Shown here: positions 27,104 through 37,023 of the stretch, one piece after another | Layout: each line of letters begins with the position of its first letter | How positions within the stretch are numbered: the first letter of the stretch is position 1 | NCBI GenBank assembly: GCA_002373935.1 | Contig: DFKW01000012.1 | Coordinates: forward strand, 4,814-68,813 | Source of the DNA: Alphaproteobacteria bacterium UBA3635 | Lineage (GTDB): Bacteria > Pseudomonadota > Alphaproteobacteria > Rs-D84 | Reading direction: 5' to 3' | DNA: 64,000 nt | Position numbers and translations under genes: made by a program | Notes under the pieces: model-generated | Seen by the model: only the letters and a program-made list of their open reading frames with translations | What the model was told of the DNA's origin: nothing | Database searches by the model: none

Positions 27104-28562
27104 TCAGACGATTATAAATCACTTTATCTGTTAAAATTTTTGTTGCAACCGCAGACGCCATCATATCTTCATCATCACCACTAGAAAACATTGGGCAACC
27201 GCGACGCACGGCGGCAACATCGATATTTTTATTTTTGTTAAAATCTTGAATATTAAAATCGTTATTTATTACATTTACAAAGAACGCATTTTGCTGGCGC
27301 GATGAACGAATATTCGACAAACACACAATCGGGAACACACCACGCGAATCCAATGACATCCCCGCACCCGATTTAATAGATTTATTTAACAATTCCAACG
27401 CACCACCATTTGATAAATCAATATGACTTGCAATACGCGCAGACCCGGCGGTCGGTGTTCCAACCAACACCCCGCGATTGTTTTCATAAATCGACGACGC
27501 AATCGCCTCGGGCGTGCCACGGGTCGTATTTGATATCAACACAACAACCGGTGCATCCGTCGCGGCATCACCTCCGGGCACATACTCAACATCTTCGCCG
27601 GCGGTCTGACTGACGCGCATGATGGGTTTTGCACCCAAAAACAACCCCGCCAATTTTGTCGCAGATTTCGCATCCACACCCGACGCCGCACGCAAATCTA
27701 AAATAATCCCGGTGGCGTTTTGATATTTAGACAATGCCTCGTTCACAATATTGACGGCATTATCGGTCACATCGTTCACAATAATTTCCAAAATACCACC
27801 ATTATCAATTGGACGGAAAATAATATCCGCATCGGTCAAAACAATCGTCGCGCGACGCAGAACAACACTGCGATTACCCGTTGGTGTCAGCAAATGTAAT
27901 TTTGCCGTTCCACTGTTTAACCCTTGGAATACGATGTTTAATTCTGCATCTGACATATCGCGCACATTTTTTCCATTTATCACATCAATCAAATCATATT
28001 GATTGATTCCCGCCGCATCTGCCGGCGAACCGCCGATAATTGACCCGACACGGAAATTACCGCGTTCGTCGCGCCATCCAGAAATACCAACACTGGTCAA
28101 AATGCGATTGTTATTATTTGTCATCAATTTTTGTTTTGGAATATATTTACCACTTTCATCAATACCCTGCATCAATGCATCAAACGCGCGCTCGTAAATT
28201 TCATCCGTTCCTAACGCCGCCAACGCATCATCCCGGTCGCGCATTTTATCAATCAACGCAGTTGTGATTTTACCATACCCCACCCAATCACCCGCGCGTG
28301 GTTGTGCAAAATTTCCAACAATAGAATCACGCCACACCAAAATAATACGGTCATCTGTCGCCGCCAGATGTGCATGCGGACTTAAATTTTCTAAACTTTC
28401 AATCACGACACCAATGTTTTTACCACCCCATTGCACAGAATCCAATTTTTCATAAATTTCTGCGAATGTTCCAACCGCGGCATCATCGACACCGACATCG
28501 GCGCGCGCGACACATACGGTCAATGCTATTAGCCCTGAACAAATTATTGTTGATATTTTCAT
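27093..28562 (-). CDS. S41 (C-terminal processing peptidase)-like periplasmic protein with a PDZ domain; catalytic dyad apparently substituted
   Basis: Start MKISTIICSGLIALTVCVARA with RBS aaggagg. PDZ segment GGSPADAAGINQYDLIDVINGKNV. ILDLRAASG is present. SNTTRGTPEAIA stands in place of the SASASE motif, and TPTAGSA in place of TFGKG. Confidence 0.7.
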   Translation of the reverse strand: MKISTIICSGLIALTVCVARADVGVDDAAVGTFAEIYEKLDSVQWGGKNIGVVIESLENLSPHAHLAATDDRIILVWRDSIVGNFAQPRAGDWVGYGKITTALIDKMRDRDDALAALGTDEIYERAFDALMQGIDESGKYIPKQKLMTNNNNRILTSVGISGWRDERGNFRVGSIIGGSPADAAGINQYDLIDVINGKNVRDMSDAELNIVFQGLNSGTAKLHLLTPTGNRSVVLRRATIVLTDADIIFRPIDNGGILEIIVNDVTDNAVNIVNEALSKYQNATGIILDLRAASGVDAKSATKLAGLFLGAKPIMRVSQTAGEDVEYVPGGDAATDAPVVVLISNTTRGTPEAIASSIYENNRGVLVGTPTAGSARIASHIDLSNGGALELLNKSIKSGAGMSLDSRGVFPIVCLSNIRSSRQQNAFFVNVINNDFNIQDFNKNKNIDVAAVRRGCPMFSSGDDEDMMASAVATKILTDKVIYNRLIAE

Positions 28563-28593
28563 GCGCGCCCTCCTTTGCATCGACCGCCCGTGT

Positions 28594-29457
28594 TTAATAT
28601 TTTGTTTCGCGTAAATTAAAGTGATACAAAATAACATTAGAAATATAAATCGATGTCAGTGTTCCCATCACAACCGAAAAAGTCATTGCAATTGCAAAAT
28701 CACGCAACATCAATCCACCAAACGCATATAAACCGACCATCGCCAAAATTGTTGAAATACTGGTCATCAATGTTCGGCGCATCATTTCATTGACCGACAA
28801 ATCAATTAAATCATCCATCGGCATTTTGTGATATTTATTTATATTTTCATCAATTCGGTCATAGTTCACGACCTTGTCATTAATAGAATACCCAATACCC
28901 ATCAAAATAACCGCGATTGCCGTTTGGTTAAATTCCAACCCGGTGATTGAAAAGAACCCAAACATCAACACAAAATCCAACACCAACGACACAAACGAAC
29001 CAACCGCATAACCGCCGCGATACCGAATCCAGATATAAACACTCATCAACACGAACGAAACCAACACCGCCAAAATACCACCGCGTATCAGTTCACCACC
29101 AATTTTTGGTCCAACAATTTGCACCTGGGAATAAGAAACATTGTCGCCCAAAATATTTTTAATTTGTGCCACACGTTCGTTTTGTTGTATGTCCGTCGAA
29201 CCCTTGGGCAAACCGACACGCACCAAAATTGCACCATCATCCACAGATTGCAATTCGGGTTTAAATTCCGCCAACGCGGCACGCATTTTATCAATGGTGT
29301 AATCCGCGACAATGGGTTTAACCTCCATCGATATACCACCCGAAAAGTCAATACCATAATTTAATCCACGAAATATTAAACACAAAACCGACAATACAAC
29401 CAATGCACCCGATATCCAATACGATAACTTGCGATATTTCATAAAGTGTAAATTCAT
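28594..29457 (-). CDS. secF: Protein translocase subunit SecF
   Basis: Start at MNLHFMKYRKLSYW, with an alternative ATG at 29466. It has GIDFSGG and 6 TM helices and lies downstream of secD. Confidence 0.85.
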   Translation of the reverse strand: MNLHFMKYRKLSYWISGALVVLSVLCLIFRGLNYGIDFSGGISMEVKPIVADYTIDKMRAALAEFKPELQSVDDGAILVRVGLPKGSTDIQQNERVAQIKNILGDNVSYSQVQIVGPKIGGELIRGGILAVLVSFVLMSVYIWIRYRGGYAVGSFVSLVLDFVLMFGFFSITGLEFNQTAIAVILMGIGYSINDKVVNYDRIDENINKYHKMPMDDLIDLSVNEMMRRTLMTSISTILAMVGLYAFGGLMLRDFAIAMTFSVVMGTLTSIYISNVILYHFNLRETKY

Positions 29458-29473
29458 CTGAGCCATCCTTAAA

Positions 29474-31033
29474 TTATTTATTTCTAACAAATCCAATCTT
29501 TTTATTTTTGCCATGCATGTACCAATCAATCAACACGCGCGACAACATCAGACATGTAAACAATGTTGTTATCACACCAATTGATAATGTCACGGCAAAC
29601 CCACGAATCGGACCCGCACCAAACTCAAACAAAATCAGCGAACAAATCAAATTCGTTAAATTACCATCCATAACCGTTTTGACCGAACGGTCAAATCCCA
29701 TATCAACCGCACGCAGTGTTGGCACACCGGCACGAACCTCGTCCCGGATGCGTTCATACGGCAAAATATTTGCGTCCACCGCCATACCCAATGTCAAAAC
29801 GATACCCGCAATACCCGGCAATGTCAGTGTCGCCCCAAACAATGCCGACACACCAACAATCATCGCCAAATTTACCAACAACACCACATCGGCGATAAAA
29901 CCAAATATGCCATATACCATTATCATAAACAGCACGATAAACATCACGCCAACCGCCGAACCGATTTTACCCGACGCAATCGTATCCGCGCCCAATCCCG
30001 CACCAACCGTGCGTTCTTCGATAACAACCAACGGCGCCGGCAATGCACCACTGCGCAACAGAACCGCCAAATCTTTGGCGCCTTGTAATGTAAATCCACC
30101 GGAAATTTGTCCGCGCCCACCCGGTATTGGTTCACGAATATTTGGTGCCGACAAAACCCGTCCATCCAAAACAATCGCAAACCGTTCGTTCACATGTTCG
30201 GTTGTCAATTTTGCAAACCGACGCGCACCCGACGCATCAAACACAGTTGTCACAACCGGCATATTATTTTGGTCAAAATCTGCCTGGGAATCTTTTAATG
30301 ATTCACCCGACACTTCAACCCGTGAATAAACAGGCACCATTTGCGACGGATTTTCCATATATGGCAAAAACATTGTGCCACTTGGCGCATGCCCAGACGC
30401 CAATTGTTCAGGCGACACATTTTCATTTACCAAATGAAAAGTCATCTTGGCCGTTTGTCCAATCAATTCTTTGATACGTTCCGGATTATCCACACCGGGT
30501 AATTGCACCAATATATATTTACCACCCTGGGATTGAATAGACGGTTCTTTGGTTCCCAACGCATCAATACGACGACGCACGATTTCAATACTGCGCGCCA
30601 ACGCATCGTTTATCATTTCTTGTTTTTGCTTTTCCGTATATGCGATACGCACGACATTGCCCGACGACGACACATCCACCGCCGTCCCCAGCACCGATTT
30701 CAACCGTCCCTTGGCACGGGAAACATCATCGGCATCACGGACATTTAATGTAATAACACCATCCGCATTACGCAGGTTTGAAAAACGAATAATTCCGCGC
30801 GAACGGTCAACCAAAGCCGAGCGCACCTCGTCATACAATTGAACCGATTTATCAACAAACATTTGGTCGGTATCAACCTCTAATAATAATTGTGCACCAC
30901 CCTTTAAATCCAATCCCAAATTTATTGGATGCATCCACGACGGCAAAAACCGCGTCGTTCCCGGAAACATTGTTGGCACCGCCAACAAGACACCAAATAC
31001 TGCAACAAAAACAATTGCCAGTTTTTTTAACAT
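29474..31033 (-). CDS. secD: Protein translocase subunit SecD
   Basis: ATG start MLKKLAIVFVAV, with an alternative GTG at 31048. It has GLDLKGG, a large periplasmic domain and a C-terminal 5-TM block. Confidence 0.9.
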   Translation of the reverse strand: MLKKLAIVFVAVFGVLLAVPTMFPGTTRFLPSWMHPINLGLDLKGGAQLLLEVDTDQMFVDKSVQLYDEVRSALVDRSRGIIRFSNLRNADGVITLNVRDADDVSRAKGRLKSVLGTAVDVSSSGNVVRIAYTEKQKQEMINDALARSIEIVRRRIDALGTKEPSIQSQGGKYILVQLPGVDNPERIKELIGQTAKMTFHLVNENVSPEQLASGHAPSGTMFLPYMENPSQMVPVYSRVEVSGESLKDSQADFDQNNMPVVTTVFDASGARRFAKLTTEHVNERFAIVLDGRVLSAPNIREPIPGGRGQISGGFTLQGAKDLAVLLRSGALPAPLVVIEERTVGAGLGADTIASGKIGSAVGVMFIVLFMIMVYGIFGFIADVVLLVNLAMIVGVSALFGATLTLPGIAGIVLTLGMAVDANILPYERIRDEVRAGVPTLRAVDMGFDRSVKTVMDGNLTNLICSLILFEFGAGPIRGFAVTLSIGVITTLFTCLMLSRVLIDWYMHGKNKKIGFVRNK

Positions 31034-31047
31034 AACGATACCCCACA

Positions 31048-31365
31048 CTATTTTGATTCAACACCCGCCACGGCATTTTTGTTCACTTCGACCACAACAC
31101 CATGTGCGATTTCCAATTCAATCGATTTTTCATTTATTTTTTTGATTGTTCCATAAATGCCACCCGCCAAAACGCGATTACCAACCTGCAGTGAATCAAT
31201 CATTTTTTGATATTCTGCCATGCGGCGTTTGGCCGGACGCACCATAATAAAGTAAATAATACCAAACACAACCGCGCAATACACCAACATTCCAAACCAA
31301 CCGCCGGCCTGCCCTGCGGCGGCATCACTTGTCATAACATTTGCCATATCAACTGTATTTTCCAT
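31048..31365 (-). CDS. yajC: Preprotein translocase subunit YajC
   Basis: Start MENTVDM with RBS aaaggag. It has FIMVRPAKRRMAEYQKMIDSLQVGNRVLAGGIYGTI. Confidence 0.85.
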   Translation of the reverse strand: MENTVDMANVMTSDAAAGQAGGWFGMLVYCAVVFGIIYFIMVRPAKRRMAEYQKMIDSLQVGNRVLAGGIYGTIKKINEKSIELEIAHGVVVEVNKNAVAGVESK

Positions 31366-31514
31366 CAATTTCTCCTTTTGATTATGTGTGAAACATAGAC
31401 AAAAAACCGCCCAAAGTAAAGAAAAAATTGCCAAAACCCAACATAACACAAAACAAAAAAATTCGGCACGGGGATTCCCCCATACCGAACAAAAGCAGAT
31501 AAACAAATATTTTT

Positions 31515-31982
31515 TTAATTATATGTACAATTCGTACCGTTTGCGTCACACGCCCCCTGGATTTTCAACCACACACGGTCACCTTCCGTGTTCGTATGAT
31601 TACCCGTTGTCACATAACCACATGGCACACCCGTTGTGCAATTACCACCATTTCCCGGTGTCACCAATTTATCACGTTCCAAAGCCGCGATATTTGCCGT
31701 ATTCGCCGTGATTGTCTGTGTCCCCGCCGCGGGCAAACTTCCAACCGCCACAGAACCAATATCCGGACTGGTATTTCCACGCGCGGTATTTAATTCATTT
31801 GTTTGTGGAATAACACCCTTGCGATAACTGCGTCCATCCAAATCAGTTGTCGAACCATAATTGATATTAAAAACCTGTTTGCGCACCGTGTTTGTTGTCG
31901 CCGCACGAATTGTGCTCTCCGCCGCGTTTGCACCGGCAATCATCAACATCGCACAAAAAAATCCGCCCAGAATTTTTTTCAT
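31515..31982 (-). CDS. Small secreted Thr/Asn/Gly-rich protein with C-terminal Cys pairs
   Basis: 155 aa with signal peptide AMLMIAGANA/AE. No recognisable domain. Confidence 0.5.
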   Translation of the reverse strand: MKKILGGFFCAMLMIAGANAAESTIRAATTNTVRKQVFNINYGSTTDLDGRSYRKGVIPQTNELNTARGNTSPDIGSVAVGSLPAAGTQTITANTANIAALERDKLVTPGNGGNCTTGVPCGYVTTGNHTNTEGDRVWLKIQGACDANGTNCTYN

Positions 31983-32051
31983 ATTCCCTTCCTTTGTTAT
32001 AATCTTACATGAAATGATAACATATTTTTATTTTTACCACAATGAAAAAAT

Positions 32052-33839
32052 TTAACTTCTTTCAAAAATTATATCCAGGTCAGAAATCGGTATAATTTTA
32101 TACACCGGTCGCCCATGATTGCATTGACCACCCCGCGTAGTATTTTCAATATCGCGCAACAACGCGTTCATTTGGGACATATCTAATTTTTGCCCCGCGC
32201 GTACCGAATGATGACACGCCCAATTTGCCAATTTCAAATGCAGTTTTTCGTTTAATTGCACCGAATGACCATTGACGCGCACCTCGTCTGCGATATCATG
32301 CAACAATTTTGCCCAATCTAAATCCCAACTGCTGGGCTTTTCAAATATTGCGATTGCATCATCACCAAACGCATCCAGTGTCAATCCCGACGATTTTAAT
32401 TCATCGGCCACCATCAATATTGCCGCGACATCTTCGGCGCGCAATTTCACAACAATCGGCGTCAATAACGGTTGGCGTTTAATTGCGTGTTGCCGCACGC
32501 GTTCGTATGTAATGCGTTCGTGTGCCGCATGTTGGTCAACAATAATTAAATCATTTCCCCGCGATGCCAATATATATTTATCACCAATTTGCCCAATCGC
32601 GCGCCCCAATGGCATTTCCGAAAACGCATCATCAACCGTTGATTGCATCACATCACCCGATGCCAATTTATTCACCACAAATTCAGATGTTCCACGCGGC
32701 GCAAAAAATCGCGAGTTATCAACACGCGGTGCCGACACATGCAACACCCCCGCGGGCGCGGCGACATCCGCCACACAATCACGCACAATATTATTCACCG
32801 GTATATTCATTTGTTTTGGTGCATTTTCATGCGTTGCAATATTTGCATGCGCAACATGCGAGGCCGCCGCCAATGTTTCAGATAATTTTTCACGCAATGT
32901 TTTTATTATAAACGCACGCACATGCGCCGGCTCCAAAAAATGCACCTCGGTCTTGGCGGGTGACACATTTACATCAACATGCGCCGGATTTAATTTCAAA
33001 AACAACGCACACAGCGGAAATTCCCGTGCATGCATAACATCCATATATGCCGCACGCAGTGCGCTAACCACAACCTTGTCTTTGATTGGGCGACCGTTCA
33101 CAAATAAAAATTGGTCAATCGATGACGCGCGCCGTAATGTAGGCACCGATATAAAACCGGTCAATTCCATATCACCCGATAACGATTTTGCATCAACTTC
33201 CAACATGCGCCCCGCTATATCATCACCCATGACGGACGCCATGCGTTCCATTAAACTTTGACCGCGTGGGAAAAACCATTTGTTATTCAAAACAAAACCA
33301 ACATCCCTGCGTGCCATTGCCAACCGTTTAATAATATCCAACACCGACATTGTTTCCGCCCGGTCCCCACGCAGAAACTTTAACCGTGCCGGCGTGCGTG
33401 AAAATAAATTTTTAACCCGAATACGCGTACCATTATCCCATGAACATGGGCGTATTTCACCCGTCGTTGCATCCAACGACCAACCGTTTGGCGCGCCGGC
33501 GGCAAATGTATCAATCGTCATATCGGCAACAGACGCGATTGATGGTAATGCCTCGCCCCGAAAGCCCATATATGTAATATTTGTTAAATCATCCGTCGGC
33601 AATTTTGATGTTGCATGCCGTAAAATTGCACGCCCCAAATCATCGCGCCCCATACCACGACCATTATCAACAACCGATATAGATGTCCGCCCACCATCAA
33701 CAATATCAACAACAATTTGGTCCGCCCCCGCGTCCAGCGCATTTTCCACCAATTCTTTAACCACACTGGCGGGATTTTCAACAACCTCGCCGGCGGCAAT
33801 TTGGTTTACCAAAAAATCAGGCAAAACACGAACAGACAT
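32052..33839 (-). CDS. mutL: DNA mismatch repair protein MutL
   Basis: GHKL ATPase motifs (IAAGEVVENPASVVKELVENALDAG, DNGRGM) and a C-terminal dimerisation domain with QHAAHER. Confidence 0.92.
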   Translation of the reverse strand: MSVRVLPDFLVNQIAAGEVVENPASVVKELVENALDAGADQIVVDIVDGGRTSISVVDNGRGMGRDDLGRAILRHATSKLPTDDLTNITYMGFRGEALPSIASVADMTIDTFAAGAPNGWSLDATTGEIRPCSWDNGTRIRVKNLFSRTPARLKFLRGDRAETMSVLDIIKRLAMARRDVGFVLNNKWFFPRGQSLMERMASVMGDDIAGRMLEVDAKSLSGDMELTGFISVPTLRRASSIDQFLFVNGRPIKDKVVVSALRAAYMDVMHAREFPLCALFLKLNPAHVDVNVSPAKTEVHFLEPAHVRAFIIKTLREKLSETLAAASHVAHANIATHENAPKQMNIPVNNIVRDCVADVAAPAGVLHVSAPRVDNSRFFAPRGTSEFVVNKLASGDVMQSTVDDAFSEMPLGRAIGQIGDKYILASRGNDLIIVDQHAAHERITYERVRQHAIKRQPLLTPIVVKLRAEDVAAILMVADELKSSGLTLDAFGDDAIAIFEKPSSWDLDWAKLLHDIADEVRVNGHSVQLNEKLHLKLANWACHHSVRAGQKLDMSQMNALLRDIENTTRGGQCNHGRPVYKIIPISDLDIIFERS

Positions 33840-33875
33840 CCAATCCCCTTACCCTTTTCTTTTATAAATTTGAAA

Positions 33876-34346
33876 CTAATCTTTGAATTTAACCTCGATA
33901 ATTTCAAATTCTTTTTCACCCGCCGGCAATTTTACCGTGCAACAATCACCAACGCATTTTCCAATCAACGCGCGTCCCACCGGCGAAGTGCAAGATATAA
34001 TTTGCCGACCATCCGATTCCACATCGGACAAAATCCGGCATTGCATACGATTGCCATCTTCATCTTCGGCAATAACACGCGCACCAAACACAACCCGATT
34101 TCCCGACAAAGAATCGACATCAATCACATTGGCATTTGACACAATACTTTCGATATATTGAATTCGTTTATCAATCTGACGTTGCTTTTCACGCGCCGCA
34201 CTGTAATCGGCATTTTCCGACAAATCCCCCAAAGACCGCGCCCATTGAACGACACGCAAAATTTCGGGGCGTTGGACCTCTTTTAAATCTTTTAATTCTT
34301 TTAACAGTGCCTCGAACCCGGCACGCGAAATTGGTTTCTTTTCCAT
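33876..34346 (-). CDS. greA: Transcription elongation factor GreA
   Basis: 156 aa with the coiled-coil tip GDLSENADYSAARE and a C-terminal FKBP-like domain. Confidence 0.92.
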   Translation of the reverse strand: MEKKPISRAGFEALLKELKDLKEVQRPEILRVVQWARSLGDLSENADYSAAREKQRQIDKRIQYIESIVSNANVIDVDSLSGNRVVFGARVIAEDEDGNRMQCRILSDVESDGRQIISCTSPVGRALIGKCVGDCCTVKLPAGEKEFEIIEVKFKD

Positions 34347-34441
34347 TTATATCATCCCATGTTTATTAAATACAATGCGAAATTATACAACTTCATTTTA
34401 ATTTTGCAATTATCAAATATTCAGGTTATAATTCAGAAATA

Positions 34442-35503
34442 ATGCACATAGAATCAAATATTTTATTCAGATTTTTATTACGCCGATTTTTCGGCGGCAC
34501 GGGTTTAATATTACTGATTGTGTGTGGTATAATTTATGCAATCACATTTGTTGAACGCTTGCCGGCGAACCCGGATACAATGACCGCAATTATGGACGCA
34601 TGGGTACGATTGTTGGAATATATCCCAATGTTTTTACCATTGGCGGTATTTATGGGAACACTGTTGGCGATGTATAATATGACAAAATCATCCGAATTGA
34701 TTATTATATCCAGTTCGGGCATGTCACCATATCAAACAGCAAAACCATTTTTGGTTGGTGCGGCATTGATTGGGGTGTTTGCAACCGCGGTTATAAACCC
34801 ATATTTCGTAAGCATCAGCGCGAAAAACCTGACCAATCATGAATTGCAATTGGTTGATAATATGATTTGGTTGCGCGAGGATGGAACCGACCATTTTTTA
34901 ACGATGTCGGCGCGTGACATGAAAAAACAAAATTCTGATTTAATATTTATCGACACAAAAATATTTGTCCAAGATGAAAATTTCAAATTACAAAACCGTA
35001 TTGAATCACAACACGTCACATTGTCCAATGCCGGCATGTTATCAAATGATGCCACCATTTGGGACGCACGCGGAAATGTGACACACGGCAAATGGGAAAT
35101 TGCGACAAAAACAACACCACAAACGGTTTTGGACCGGTATTTACAACCGAACCAGATATCATTTTGGAATCTGCCATCGTTTATTAAAAAAATGTCATCA
35201 ATCGGCGCACCGGTCCGTGGACACCTTGTTCAATTTTGGACATTACTGTTTTTGCCATTAACGATGATTGCTATGACAACAATGGGTATCGCGTTTTCTC
35301 AAACCCGTCAGCGTCGAAACTTTAATTTCGGATTGAAATTCAGTGCCGCAATCGTCACATGCTTTTTAATGTATTTTTTAATCAATACTTTCAACGCATT
35401 GGGGGCGACGGGCGCACTGCCGCCAATATTGGCAATTATTGCACCACCAATTATAATCATCGCAATATCCGGCGCATTTATTGAACATTTTGACACGATA
35501 TAA
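34442..35503 (+). CDS. LPS export ABC permease, LptF/LptG (YjgP/YjgQ) family
   Basis: 353 aa with the pattern of 3 TM helices, a periplasmic beta-jellyroll and 3 TM helices. The N-terminus ILFRFLLRRFFGGTG is typical of the family. Confidence 0.75.
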   Translation: MHIESNILFRFLLRRFFGGTGLILLIVCGIIYAITFVERLPANPDTMTAIMDAWVRLLEYIPMFLPLAVFMGTLLAMYNMTKSSELIIISSSGMSPYQTAKPFLVGAALIGVFATAVINPYFVSISAKNLTNHELQLVDNMIWLREDGTDHFLTMSARDMKKQNSDLIFIDTKIFVQDENFKLQNRIESQHVTLSNAGMLSNDATIWDARGNVTHGKWEIATKTTPQTVLDRYLQPNQISFWNLPSFIKKMSSIGAPVRGHLVQFWTLLFLPLTMIAMTTMGIAFSQTRQRRNFNFGLKFSAAIVTCFLMYFLINTFNALGATGALPPILAIIAPPIIIIAISGAFIEHFDTI

Positions 35504-35520
35504 TATATGGGGAAAATACG

Positions 35521-35649
35521 ATGCCACTAAAAAAGAAAACCAACACGAAAAAATTTTTAATTTGGGCAATCATCATCATATTGATTGTGTTTATGGTTAT
35601 GTATTTTGCGCCCACCCAAACAACGATTGAATTGGAACTGTATCCATGA
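35521..35649 (+). CDS. Candidate 42-aa single-TM small protein (below the ORF-track cutoff)
   Basis: MPLKKKTNTKKFLIWAIIIILIVFMVMYFAPTQTTIELELYP. RBS gggga lies 7 nt upstream. Its stop overlaps the xerD ATG (ATGA). Confidence 0.3.
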   Translation: MPLKKKTNTKKFLIWAIIIILIVFMVMYFAPTQTTIELELYP

Positions 35650-36518
35650 ATTATATTGATATTTTCTTAGAGGCATTGGTTGCGGAACGCGGGCGCAGTG
35701 AAAAAACAATCGCAAGTTATGCATCTGACCTGAATCATGCAAACGATGCATTACCACACGGATTAATGGATGCGACCGCGGACGAAATACAAAACTATTT
35801 ATCCTCGCTTTCCGACCGCGCGTCATCTATTGCCCGCAAGGCAAGCGCTCTGCGTGGATTTTATAAATTTTTAATGCTGGAAAAAATAATCACAACCAAC
35901 CCGACAAAAAATATCGAATTACCAAAGCGCGCACGTCCATTACCAAAATTATTATCGGTTGAAGAAATCGAATTATTGATATCATCGGCGGGGGACACAA
36001 AAAATTCCACCCGTTTGCGCGCGATGTTGGAATTGGTATATGCATCGGGATTGCGCGTATCTGAATTATGTGAATTACCCATGACATCAATCTTGGGCGA
36101 CCATTTATTGGTTCATGGCAAGGGCGCCAAAGAACGCATGGTTCCAATGCACGCGGGCGCAATTGATGCATTAAACAAATGGTTGGCATTGCGCGGGGAC
36201 ACCGATTCGAAATATGTATTTCCCGGTTCTGGCAAAACCGGCCACATAACACGCGACGGATTTTTCAAAATATTAAAAAAATGTGCGATATTGGCGGGCA
36301 TTGACCCGAACCATGTATCACCGCATGTCCTGCGTCACTCGTTCGCGTCACACTTGTTATCACACGGTGCGAATTTGCGTGCGATACAAACTATGTTGGG
36401 ACACGAAGATATTTCAACAACTCAAATCTATACACATGTTTTACCGGAACAATTACGCGAAACGGTTGAAACATATCATCCATTATCAAATAACAAGCCC
36501 AAGGTTAAAGAACAATGA
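35646..36518 (+). CDS. xerD: Tyrosine recombinase XerD/XerC
   Basis: 290 aa with the R..HxxR..Y catalytic set (SGLRVSEL, HVLRHSFASHLL, GHEDISTTQIYTHV). Confidence 0.85.
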   Translation: MNYIDIFLEALVAERGRSEKTIASYASDLNHANDALPHGLMDATADEIQNYLSSLSDRASSIARKASALRGFYKFLMLEKIITTNPTKNIELPKRARPLPKLLSVEEIELLISSAGDTKNSTRLRAMLELVYASGLRVSELCELPMTSILGDHLLVHGKGAKERMVPMHAGAIDALNKWLALRGDTDSKYVFPGSGKTGHITRDGFFKILKKCAILAGIDPNHVSPHVLRHSFASHLLSHGANLRAIQTMLGHEDISTTQIYTHVLPEQLRETVETYHPLSNNKPKVKEQ

Positions 36519-37015
36519 TAACGAAATGCGACCATCCCGGATGTACCAAGGCCGGCACATGCCGCGCGCCAAAAAATCGCAATTTGAACGATTATTGGCA
36601 CTTTTGCACTGCGCACGCGGCCGAATATAATAAAAATTGGAATTATTACGCCGACATGACCCCCGAAGAGATCGAGGCCGATTGGGAACGCGAAACATTT
36701 GGCGCACCATTAAAAGAAAAAAACAAGGCTAACGCTGACGAGGCAGATTACATAAAATTTCTGAACGACTTTTTATCGGGCCGCGGCACATTTGATAACA
36801 TGCCACCAAAAAGCAAACTGCCCACCGGGGTCAGTGGCGCATTAAAAACATTGGGATTACCACCGACCGCTACATGGCGTGATGTTGGTGCAAAATATCG
36901 GGCGTTGGCAAAAAAATATCATCCCGACACCGCCGCCGACAAATCGTCCGCCACGGCCGAATTTACAAAAATAACCACGGCATATAACACATTAAAAAAA
37001 CATTTTAATAAATAA
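36515..37015 (+). CDS. J-domain protein with an N-terminal Cys/His cluster
   Basis: The C-terminal J domain has KYHPD. The N-terminus has CDHPGC...C...HFC..H. ATGA overlap with xerD. Confidence 0.75.
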   Translation: MITKCDHPGCTKAGTCRAPKNRNLNDYWHFCTAHAAEYNKNWNYYADMTPEEIEADWERETFGAPLKEKNKANADEADYIKFLNDFLSGRGTFDNMPPKSKLPTGVSGALKTLGLPPTATWRDVGAKYRALAKKYHPDTAADKSSATAEFTKITTAYNTLKKHFNK

Positions 37016-37023
37016 TGTGTTTA

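Noticed and set aside
29508-30329. 273-aa plus-strand ORF inside secD
   Set aside because: It is an antisense shadow ORF.
32272-33261. 329-aa plus-strand ORF inside mutL
   Set aside because: It is an antisense shadow ORF with no motifs. mutL on the minus strand is unambiguous.
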